Shown here: in pieces, positions 12,417-23,205 of the stretch
Position numbering within the stretch: position 1 is the stretch's first letter
Layout of the letters: the number at the start of each line of letters is the position of its first letter
From: Seison nebaliae
Lineage: Eukaryota
Assembly (NCBI GenBank): GCA_023231475.1
Contig: JALJEE010000556.1
Location: 62,001-112,099, forward strand
Direction: 5' to 3'
DNA: 50,099 nucleotides
Notes under the pieces: generated by a model
Databases searched by the model: none
The model's input: the letters and a program-made list of their open reading frames with translations, nothing else
What the model was told of the DNA's origin: nothing
Program-made: the position numbers and the translations under genes

Positions 12417-14747
12417 ATGTTCCTATTAATACTTGTGATTGTTGAATGTATTGTGCAGAATAACGTACTAGGATCGATAAATGACGATCGTGTGACAAAG
12501 TTTCAACAGTGGATCAATTTTACGAAATCATTTAACGACCCCAATATCGATAAGCAATGGCACTTATTGAATGTACGGAACTTAAATAATTTTTCAAATG
12601 ATCATCAAAATTATTTGTTTGGTTATGATTTGAATGTTGTTGACGTTTGGTTCCGATCCGGTATAACGGGAAGAAATGTAATTATTCAATTGATCGATGA
12701 TGGAATTGATGAAACTCATCCCGAAATTCAACCGAATTATTTGCCTTATCCATTCTCTTATGATTATGTGAGTGGACAGAAACATTTATCTCTACCACAA
12801 AATGACAATTCACACGGAACAAGATGTGCCGGTGAAATCATAGCGAAGGACAACAATAATAAATGTGGAATTGGAATATCATATTCTTCTAAATTATTCG
12901 CTTTACATCTCATCAGTGATTATACGAACGATCTAATTGAAGCACATGCATTCACTCATGCAATTGGTCGTTTTATGAAAGGATCTGAAGAAACATCTTC
13001 TGATATAATTACATGTTCATGGGGACCGATTGATGACGGACATGTTATCCATGGACCTGGTTCATTATCAATTAGTGCCCTCCAGTTTGTACAAAATTAT
13101 GGTCGTCGTGGTTATGGCTCTGTTCTATTATTTTCATCTGGTAACGGAAAAAAACGTTTCGATGATTGCAATTATGACGGTTATGTTAATAATATTTATA
13201 CTATCAGTGTTGGTGCAGTTCATGAACATGGACGAACAACAACATTTTCCGAAGGATGTTCCTCATTAACAGTCGTCGCATTTAGTGGTGATAAACAGTT
13301 GAGGAAGAATCGATATGATAATACTTTAAGTTCCATTATTCGAAAACAAATCGAAGATACACATTTATTGGATTGGACCGAATCGATCAATCGATCTTAT
13401 CGACAAATTTCTACCACCGGTTATCACTCGAAAAAAGGCTCATATTGTGACAATAATTATAGTGGTACATCAGCTGCAACGCCAATGATCGCTGGTGTGA
13501 TTGCTCTTATGTTAGAAGCCAATAATCGATTATCTTCAAAAGATATTCAATTCATTCTTATGTTAACATCTCGTCACGTTCTAGAAGAATGTGATGAAAA
13601 TTTTCAGAGAGTGATGAAAGAAAAAAACTCTATAAAATTAAGTTCTCCAGTTCAATTAATGAAATTCTATACGAAATTATTGAAAGATAAATGTCTCATT
13701 CCGAATGATTTTCATTTATATCATTCCCGAAATTACGGTTTTGGAATTGTTGATGCCAATGCTAGTGTGACGATTGCGAGAGATAAATGGAAAGGAAATA
13801 TGCCGTTTACCATCTCAATGAAAATAAAACCATCGGAAACAAATTCCAAATCCGACAATTTAGTTTATATGAATAATTGTACAAAATTATTTTTCAATCC
13901 GGATGAATATGAAGTGGAGTTTGTTTATGGCATCAAATTCATAGAGAATGTTCAATTGAATTTAAATTTAGAAATAAAACCATCTTATTGTCGAGGGGAT
14001 TTCTTCATTCTCTTACAATGTCCATCAGGCACAACGTCAATTTTAGGCAGTCAACGGTTATTTGATTGTAACATTGGAAGGAAAGAATTTACGAATACGA
14101 ATTATCAGAATATTAATAACTGGAGTTTCTCCACAATTAAATGTTGGGGAGAAGGAGCAAATGGTCAATTTGCTGTCGCTATTTGTCATCAATCGATGTT
14201 CGATAATATGTCTAGAAATCCCAATAAAAATTCGATAGTTGGAAGAATTAGGAATAGCAAGTTAAGTATTCACGGAAATTCACTTAACCCAATCTCAAAT
14301 GACAATGCAGCGACTTTGTTCAAATATTTGAGAGAAAGAAAAATTACAAATCGTTTACTAACATCTAAAAGTTTTATTGAAGAGTTTCCATTAATCCATT
14401 TCAATTATTCAATTCTAGAAATGGACGAACTGATTCCCAATTATTTTCATTTGAATTATAACTCTTTCCTTTACACTTTCTCCATCACACATACAATTTA
14501 TTTACTAATCATCAACAAATTAATTTTGATATTTTTCATCATTTATTTATTTATCGAAACTATATACTTCTCCAACGAATATAATTATATTTGGAAAAAA
14601 TCAATAACGCCAAACTATGGGACATTGGCCGACACGGTTCCCCAACGAACATTATTCAATTCGTTTTTTAAATTAATTTTTGCATCTATTGATTTTAACT
14701 GGTTGAGAATTTCATGGTATGTCATCGACACGGAATATGATGATTAG
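12417..14747 (+). CDS. PCSK7: Kexin/furin-family (S8B) proprotein convertase, PCSK7-like, intronless
   Basis: FNDP..KQWHL start of the catalytic domain; catalytic Asp (IDDG), His (SHGTRCAGE), oxyanion Asn (SSGNG) and Ser (SGTSAATPM); CSWGPIDDG; P-domain (RGD..CPSGT..WGE); C-terminal TM helix. Confidence 0.85.
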   Translation: MFLLILVIVECIVQNNVLGSINDDRVTKFQQWINFTKSFNDPNIDKQWHLLNVRNLNNFSNDHQNYLFGYDLNVVDVWFRSGITGRNVIIQLIDDGIDETHPEIQPNYLPYPFSYDYVSGQKHLSLPQNDNSHGTRCAGEIIAKDNNNKCGIGISYSSKLFALHLISDYTNDLIEAHAFTHAIGRFMKGSEETSSDIITCSWGPIDDGHVIHGPGSLSISALQFVQNYGRRGYGSVLLFSSGNGKKRFDDCNYDGYVNNIYTISVGAVHEHGRTTTFSEGCSSLTVVAFSGDKQLRKNRYDNTLSSIIRKQIEDTHLLDWTESINRSYRQISTTGYHSKKGSYCDNNYSGTSAATPMIAGVIALMLEANNRLSSKDIQFILMLTSRHVLEECDENFQRVMKEKNSIKLSSPVQLMKFYTKLLKDKCLIPNDFHLYHSRNYGFGIVDANASVTIARDKWKGNMPFTISMKIKPSETNSKSDNLVYMNNCTKLFFNPDEYEVEFVYGIKFIENVQLNLNLEIKPSYCRGDFFILLQCPSGTTSILGSQRLFDCNIGRKEFTNTNYQNINNWSFSTIKCWGEGANGQFAVAICHQSMFDNMSRNPNKNSIVGRIRNSKLSIHGNSLNPISNDNAATLFKYLRERKITNRLLTSKSFIEEFPLIHFNYSILEMDELIPNYFHLNYNSFLYTFSITHTIYLLIINKLILIFFIIYLFIETIYFSNEYNYIWKKSITPNYGTLADTVPQRTLFNSFFKLIFASIDFNWLRISWYVIDTEYDD

Positions 14748-15162
14748 CATTCCATTTAACATTTTCAGGAAAAATAATTGTCAATTTCTCTTTTCAATTA
14801 ACTTTTGTTGAAGTTTAACAATAAAAATTAACGAAAATTTTCCTTTACCAAATTTGAGATTTAAGAGAGAATAATCGATATGTCGCTACATGTCATGAAT
14901 GAACAAGTCTTCAAATGAGTGCAAAGAAGAGTATATAAAGGAAAAAAATCGATAAATTGATTTTCCTCCAACATTTCAATTTCAGTCCACTGCCATAGTG
15001 ATTTAATGCACAACTTTACTTTCAGTATTCCAGATTAAAAATTTAAAAGAAAAGAAACATTTTCAAGATTTTTATTTCTGATATATTATTAAAGGAATTA
15101 TATTACACTATTTGTAGCCTTCTCAAAAATTACTATCTTTATCATCATAAATCGTTGCGAGA

Positions 15163-18100
15163 ATGGAAGGAGAATCGTTAACCGTTTTTCGTTGCACGTT
15201 AATTCAAAGTTTTTACGGGGATTTTTTAGGATAAAAGTTGCAGTTCGCGTCCGACCATTTAATGAACGGTTCTATTTCTTTAATTGTTTCCTGTAAATTG
15301 ACTGAAATAATTTGACAGTGAAAAGAATCGAAATGCGAAATGCATTATACAAATGCAAGGTCAATCAACATCAATATCGAATCCAAATAACAAAGGTTCT
15401 TTTACGGTCCTTCTGATTATTAATAATTGTTTAATAAAACTTTATAGATGAGAAACCGAAAAATGTTGATTAAATTTTTTTCATTTAATTAATTTTGTTT
15501 TAACTATTAATTTAATAATTAATTTAAGTATGCATTCGATTATTCATATTGGTTAGGATCTTTTTTCGAAATTTTATAATCAGTTTAATGAACTGATGAA
15601 GGTCTCATGATGGTTATTCGGAAGGAGGTGATGGATTACTTGAAGCTTCAGCTGGTTCTAACTATGCTTCTCAACAAAAAGTGTTCGACGATCTTGGAAA
15701 GGGCGTTCTCAAAAATGCGTTCGACGGCTTCAATTGTTCGTTATTCGCTTATGGTCAAACAGGTAGTGGAAAATCTTATTCAATGGTCGGTTATGGTATA
15801 AATAAGTTATAATTATGGTTATGGATTTTCAAAAATAATTATTAATTTGCAGAGGTATCGTCCCTATTACTTGTGATACTCTTTTTAAAACAATGAAAGA
15901 GAATAGTAATGAATCAATAGTTAGGAAAATTTAAATTATAATGATATTATTATGTTTTTCTGAAGAGATATGAAATTTCGTTTTCGATGATGGAAATTTA
16001 TAATGAACAAGTGCGCGATCTATTAACGAATACTAATCCGAAAGGTGGATTGCCTGTTCGACAGAACGCAGTTTCCGGTTCCTTCTTCGCACAAGGACTT
16101 AAACAAGTCGCTGTTGGTTCATATGAAGAAATAGAAAGTAGAATTAGCGAAGGAACAGCCAATCGAACAGTAGCGTCCACCAACATGAATGCAACGAGTT
16201 CTCGAGCTCATACGATTGTCACAGTAATCTTCGATCAAATTACTAAATCGGAACAAGGTGAAACAAAAAAATCGTCTACCATCAATTTAGTAGATTTGGC
16301 CGGTTCAGAAAGAGCGGATAGTACAGGTGCAACTGGCGATCGTTTGAAAGAAGGCGCGAGTATTAATAAATCTTTATCAGCGTTGGGAAATGTTATTTCA
16401 GCATTGGCTGAACAGTCGTCAGGAAGTAAGAAAAAGATTGTTGTTCCATATCGAGACGCGGTTCTTACTAAATTATTGCAGAACGCTTTAGGTGGAAACA
16501 GGTTTGATTTAATTTTTGTTATTGTATAAAAAAGTTGTTTTGAAAATGCTTAGTAAAACGGTCATGATTGCGGCTTTATCTCCTGCAGATATCAATTATG
16601 ATGAGACATTATCGACCCTACGTTATGCTGATCGTGCAAAAAAAATTAAAAATAAAGCAATTGTTAATGAGAATCCGATGGATAAACTTATAAGAGAATT
16701 AAAAGTTGAAACTATTCTAAAATATTATTCCTTATTTAAATTATTTTATAAAAAGATGGAAAATGAAAAATTGAGAAAAATGTTGCAATCTGGCAATTTT
16801 GAAGGAATTGCTCCATCCGGTAATTTATCTAAAGAACGTTAGTTGTCAAAGTGTAAAATTATTATCATTAAATACGTTGACAATTTTAGAAATGGTCCAA
16901 ATGCGATCAAATATGGAAGAAGGAATCAAAATGCAATTACAAGCTAATCAGAATGCGATGGAAATGACGGAGAAAACCTGGGAAGAGAAATTGGCGGCAT
17001 CGAAAGCCGATCGACCATCAACCGCTGCTAATATGGGCATTGGATTAAGTGATAAAAAGAAGAATTATCCTTATCTTACTAACCTCAATGAAGATCCGAT
17101 GTTATCAAATGTATTAACATATTTCATCGATCAAAATTTGGTGAAAGTCGGAGCTAAAGGAACAGTCCCTCCTCCAAAGATTGCACTTGCTGGATTAAAG
17201 TTTCTTATTAACATTTTCATAATTCAGTATGTTTTATTCTCCAGTATCAAATCAAATCATGCGGAAATATCGTATGATTCCAAATCGAGGAATGTGGAAT
17301 TGACTGCGTGTCGTGGCGCAAAAATTAAGGTGAATGGTAAGACTGTCACTTCTCCGATAGTTCTCGAAAATTCGGATCGTATTTTATTTGGATCGAATCA
17401 CATGTTCGTATTCAACAATCCATTTATGAAAGATCAAAATAAGAATATTGGAAATGTTACTTGGGAATTCGCACAAAAAGAAATAGCGCAAGCGAAAGGA
17501 TTTGCAACAGATCAAGCATTGACCAAAGGTGAAACTTTTGAAAATTTTGTAGAAAATATAAAAATTTTTTGATTAGAACAAATCGTTTGTCAAGAAGAAA
17601 TTTTGGAATTGTTACCGATGATAACGGAAATGAATGCCTTATCTGAAGAATTGAATAAACACAAATGGTTCGATATCGTTCTTTTACCTTCGGTCGCTGT
17701 ATTTACTGCATATGGTGGGGAGAATATTAGTAAAGAAAACAGTAAACAATCTTTAATTCCAACCGATGGAACGAAGTTTAGATAAATTAATTTAATCAAT
17801 TTAAAACTATTTAAAAAATTATTTTTATCAAGAGTTATGGTTCGAGTAAAGAATTTGTTGAATTCCGCCGTTTATTTATGGGACAAAGCCAAGTTCATTA
17901 ATCGTCGATTTCTTATGCAAGTTGAGAAATATTGGAAAAATTTCTTATTAAAATTATTTATCATAAGGAAATATATCAAGAATATTTACAAGGAAAAGAT
18001 TTACAAGAAATCAAAGAAGAAGAAGATCCTTTTTGGGATCCAATGGGAGAGCCAATGTTATTAGGAACTGCTTCGATGTTCATGCAATCATTATGCTACA

Positions 18101-19518
18101 ATTTAGATTTTACTGATCGTATTATTGTAACAGATTTGGGCGTTAAATTTTTGATGTTTCTTCTGTTCATATATGTTTTAATTTTTAAGGGACAAGAAGA
18201 AGGACAACTTTATTGTTCATTGGCACCATGTGATAAGAATGGACGTGGTTTGGACGATAGTGCATTCGTTGAAGATCCAACCGAATTATTGAAGCAACCA
18301 TTCAATTTTAAAGTTATTTCTCTACTTTTAAAGTTTAATCTTCAATTTACTGTAGATTCAATTGAAATCCGCTGAATTTACGGATCCTAGAACGAAACAA
18401 GGACTAATGATAAAATACCGTTTGCCTTTGGATATTCAATCAACTCAAACAAGTATCGTCAAAAATTCGACCACTCCTGATTTTGGACATCAACGTATCG
18501 TCAATTTAGATAAATTAGGGAAAGTTCAAATTTGGAAACTATTTGAAAAAAAATATAATTTATTTGTGACATTTGAAGGATCATTTGGATTATTTTGAGA
18601 AAAGTTCCATCATCTTTCTTGTGTATGTGATGCAAGATAATTTAAGTGCCGATCGTCATAAATTAAAATTAAGTACAAAAGTTTGATTTTTGTTTGAAAT
18701 ATCTCTATTTCAATTTTCCAAGGAATTAAAAGACATGGAAACATTAAACGCTGAAGGACGACGCCGACAACGGAGACATAGTAATGCATTCGTCTCATCA
18801 ACCACTACAAATGATAGTACAAATTTGTCACATCTGAAAAACGATTTATTATTGTTACAAAAGAAATACAATCGTTTAGAACAAAAAGAGAAACGTATTC
18901 AAGTTTTATTTAAATATATTTAAATAACAAATTTATAATATATATTTAAACAATGTTAGGATATTTGTAAGAATTGGATGCACAAACCAGAAGATGAACA
19001 AAACTTTCAACAATTTGCTAAAACGATTTCAGCTGTTGCCAATAGTTCAGGAACCAGATTGAAAACTGCTGCTCGAATGCTCGGAAAAGTTATATATATT
19101 CCGCTACTTAAAACTTGCACCGAAAAATCTTAGAAATTTTATTATTTAATTTCCTTTTTATAATTAGCTTCAAAAAAATTTATTTGTTTCAACGAAGCAC
19201 ATCTTTTTATCTTTTAATTTAATTAACTAAATCGATGGTATTACTATTAGAAAAATTTTTAAGCATTTAATTTCAATTTAATGAAGTGTTTTATTAGAAA
19301 ATGTGCAGTGGTATTATTTCGGAAAATTTTCGCTTTAATTCTATACATCTTTACAGTATAAACCCAAAATAGATTGCTCTTCATGGAATAGTATCTATTT
19401 ATTTGGCGATGAAGAGGATGAATATCTTGCTGAAGTCAATGAATTCGATGAATCTTTAGAAGATGAGTACAATGCACAAGCGACCGTTTCTGACCAAAGG
19501 AAGGTACGTCGAAGGTGA
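15163..19518 (+). CDS. KIF28: Kinesin-3 motor of the KIF28/KLP-6 type (motor, FHA region, conserved downstream region); at least 20 introns, last exons uncertain
   Basis: Spliced [31 protein letters not shown]-loop [52 protein letters not shown] and [13 protein letters not shown] (FHA), EEDPFWDP. Nineteen introns of 42-64 nt between 15177 and 18959 restore the frame. Confidence 0.9.
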
Positions 19519-20431
19519 TTATCGTTTTTGATTGCGAAATTTTCACCAGAAATATTCAGCACATTAAATTTGGCGTACTTATAGCGTAATCTTTTTTCAC
19601 CAAATCAATCTTCTCAAATTTTATCTTCATATCCTAACTTTTCTTTTTCACATTTTAGATGATGGTGGCATCGAGACAAAACTCGTTAGATTCAATCGGT
19701 TCATCAGCATCAAAAACACCACCACTAAAATCCAGAGCATGCGTTATTCAATAACTTTCATTCAAATTTATTCTTTTTTCTTATTTCATCAACAATTATT
19801 TTACAAAAAAACACACATGTTTATTATCTTTTAAGAACTTTCCGAACTGCTTTACTAATTCTGAAGCAATTTTATTTCTTTGACTATCCACTTTGATTAC
19901 AGCATATACGGATATTTCATTTATAAATTTAAAGAAAAATTCATCAATTTGCAGCGTTTCGTTGCAGATAACCCTGCATAATAGTATTAATAATATAGTA
20001 TAGATTAAACTTAAGTTTAATCGAAGTAGTATCCTTATAATAGAAATATCCATTAAAACTCCAAAACATCATGTAAATAAGAAAATAGCAAATTACTGTT
20101 TACATTATTCTACTGTTCGGTTAACGGTTATAATCATTACGATCATTACGGTTAACTGGATACTATAGAATCTTAATGACACTCTACTAATAATAGAGGT
20201 TAACCTTAATAGAATCTTAAAATTTTTTCTAATTCAATAAAATGGTCTGTCTACCAAAAGTTTGTTTATCAAATATTGTCTCTTTCAATTCTTCGCTGAA
20301 TAAAAAGTTACATGAAAATCTTCCTTTTGAGTGGAGAAAGATATCGGGAGTTCTTCCTCAAATATAGATGATTCGGTAAGGAGAATTGTAACAGTAATAA
20401 CTAATATCTAATTTCTACCCTAATAATTGCC

Positions 20432-20524
20432 TTAGCTCATATCTCACTCATATAGCGATGAGTCGACTCATCTGATCAGGTTAGTTGATAAGAAATATTA
20501 ACATATGACTGATATGTGGGTTAA
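20432..20524. repeat. Imperfect inverted repeat enclosing a perfect 16-bp palindrome; possible MITE or transposon relic
   Basis: GATGAGTCGACTCATC at 20457-20472 is self-complementary. The arms 20432-20453 and 20503-20524 match as reverse complements at 17/22. Confidence 0.5.
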
Positions 20525-21069
20525 CTTATGTGAATTAAGAGATTGTGAGAGAATGAAGTTCCTTTAATATGTTTCTTTAAATTATATTTATATTATGTAA
20601 TAATTAACACTATAGTTAATTAAAATTGTTCTATTATTAATTACAAATATTGTGAAAACAATTTAAATGAATAAATAATAATGTCCAGTTGTCCTAAATC
20701 ATAGTGTATTTCCTGATATGTATAGTATACAGCTATATTCAAAAGTAATCGAACAAAATTTGATATTTTTTAAATGCTCATAACTTTCTTCAAATATCAT
20801 TATATGCTTAAGGGAGCATACTGTTAGATAGCCCTTTAGATAGATTCAAGCTCTTTCAAATAGTTCTAACTTCGACAAAAATAAATTTAAAAATCGTCGT
20901 CAAATAATCGATTAATTAACAAACTTCATTTTTCCCTATTTTTGAGATTCGAAAATCATATTTTATGTTGAGAAATTTTAAAAATAACTAATTTTAAGTA
21001 AAATATTCGGTTTCAGCATGAAAAAGTGATACAGAATATTAAAAAAAAAGGTTGTAAAATCGACACCCA

Positions 21070-21483
21070 AGTGCGGAGAAGGAGAATTCGATGCCATCGT
21101 GTACGAGAAGATTGATGATAGATAGATAGGAGATGAGATTGAACATAGGCGATGAGTCCGCTTGAAGGGCGTTCTCTTTCGTTTCCGTTGGTAATGGCTT
21201 AAACGAAAAAGAGGTCATGGGACGACACGTAAGGAAAATATGGTAGTGGGGGGACTAACCAGGTTTCTTGGCATATCATCAAAAAAGCATATAATTTCTG
21301 AAAAGTTTCGGCAGACAGTTTCGTAGATTGGTTGGACCGTGATAGTGATAGGTAATAAAGGAGATGGAAGTTAGAAGCTGGAGGAGATGAAATAACATTT
21401 GAATTCGGGTGAGGGAAGGTAAGACGGGGAGAAAGTGATCTAGGAGAATGGGTGACGAGTGAACTGGTAGAAGTAAATGAGGT
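21070..21483 (-). mobile_element. Degenerate APE-endonuclease N-terminal fragment of a non-LTR retrotransposon, inverted relative to the adjacent RT
   Basis: One minus-strand frame carries FLMICQETWL (QETW 21259-21270) and, after one TAA (21199-21201), RPSSGLIAYV (21142-21171). These resemble the APE motifs QETW and GRPSGG.A.YV. Confidence 0.65.
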
Positions 21484-22543
21484 ATGCGTCAACTCGTCCC
21501 ATATCCCATCCTCAGATTTCTCGCTCACTTCTCCTATTATTTCACTGGGTGTGTTGTTCACGGTGACTGCTCCTGTACCCATTTCCAAATTAATTCAGGA
21601 GTCCGTCAAGGTACGATCCTTGGTCGCTGGTTATTTGGTTTGGCTATCGACGGCGTCCTCCGCGAACTCAACGAAAGTAATAGAATCGCCATTGGTGATT
21701 TCTTTTTTCCACATGTTATGGCATACGCTGACGATTTCGTGATCATACATCGTTCCTTTCGTGATTTGAAGAAATCCTTTGTACGTACATCTCGTCTTCT
21801 TGCTGAAAGAGGGATTACTATAAACGAATCGAAATGCTGCAACATGCCATGGCTGCTCTCAACCGGTAATCGTTCGTTCTCTAACATTCCTCTCGCTACT
21901 TTTACTATCTTGCTTGGCTAGCTGATCGATATGCGGTCTTTTTCTTCATCCGCTCTCGATCGTATCCGAAACAAATTCTGTAGAGCTTTTTTCTCCTTCT
22001 CTCCTAAATCCAAATTCGTCCCATTAAAGATCCGTCTTTCACTATCCAGGAGCCTAGTGCTATCATTGTATTCTTTGGAGACTATCTTTCTATGCTCTCA
22101 TCGGTCTTTTCTGTCCTTGGACCGAGCTTCTAATCGGCTAATTAGGAGAATGATCTGCTGTTTTCATAAATGCAACCGCTCACTTCTTTTCGTTACTGTG
22201 AATATCCTACCACTTCCAATTCTTCTATGTCGTCGTATTTTTGCACTCCGTGATAAATTTAACAATTCCGACTCACTCTCTAGTCATCCTTCCGACATCC
22301 ATCCTTTCCACACCCATTCCGTCTTCACATACACTGTCAGATACTACGGGTTATCTCCAAACATTTTTCTAACCGATTTTAAAAATTTCATCTCAACATA
22401 CGATTCCACCTCAACTCTACCTATTAACCGCGATTCCCTCGATCAATTACGCCTTTTTATTGACACAGAGGATGATAGTAATTTGTGTTCTCTTTTTTTC
22501 ATGTTTATCCCGACGGGAATTTTAATCAATAAATAATAATATT
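21484..22543 (+). mobile_element. 5'-truncated non-LTR (LINE) reverse transcriptase pseudogene
   Basis: SGVRQGTILG..LF, YADD (21724-21735) and INESKC. The ORFs at 21484 and 21931 share a frame broken by TAG 21919-21921. It ends in a short (TAA)n-like tail and is higher in GC than its flanks. Confidence 0.85.
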
Positions 22544-22643
22544 ATGAAAGTACGTATTTTTTTAAACCTATAAAACTATTTTAAAAGAAATTTACATATT
22601 AGGAAAATGAATTAGGGCTAATAAAAAGAAGCTTGCTACGAAG

Positions 22644-22688
22644 TGTCTCATTTTGCCCCAATGTTTCATTTTGCCCCACAAGACGGTA
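22644..22688. mobile_element. Probable single end of a pogo/Tc1-mariner-type DNA transposon
   Basis: A 17-bp direct repeat TGT(C/T)TCATTTTGCCCCA at 22644-22660 and 22662-22678 ends in ...CGGTA (TA target). No partner end was found in the window. Confidence 0.4.
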
Positions 22689-23205
22689 ACAGAATGAATA
22701 TAAACGTGTTAATTTAGAGGGAAAAAATATTTGTTTTTTAATTCTAAATATTCTACAGTAATACGTAATGGACACTATTGGATAGAGGAGAAAATTATGT
22801 TTTTTATGATGTTACACTCTGCCTAATGATGACAATTTTTACTAATTAGTAATTAGTAAAAAATTAAAGTGGTTGAAAACAGAGCAGCTATTGTCACTTG
22901 GAACAATTGTCGCTGAATCGTTGTCTCGTCTTGGACAATTTAATTTTGTAGAGAATTTATAAATTAAGACAAAGTAAAGTGACAATCTGTTTATACGAGA
23001 CGAAAATGTTCATTTATATAGAAATGCGTGAACATGAGATTTAAGAAGAAGAAATAAATTGAAGTTATTTTATTGAGATGAAATATAATATTTATCTTAA
23101 TAATATAGCTAGTTATCATTAAAATATTGGAAGATTAATCAAATATAAGATGTGGGAAGAGAATGGTTCTCTTAGCATCAGCCAACCATTTTCCTACCGA
23201 ATGAT

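Noticed and set aside
19796..20053. 85-aa minus-strand ORF as a gene
   Set aside because: No recognisable motif, several stops follow in frame, and it lies in the TE-debris island.
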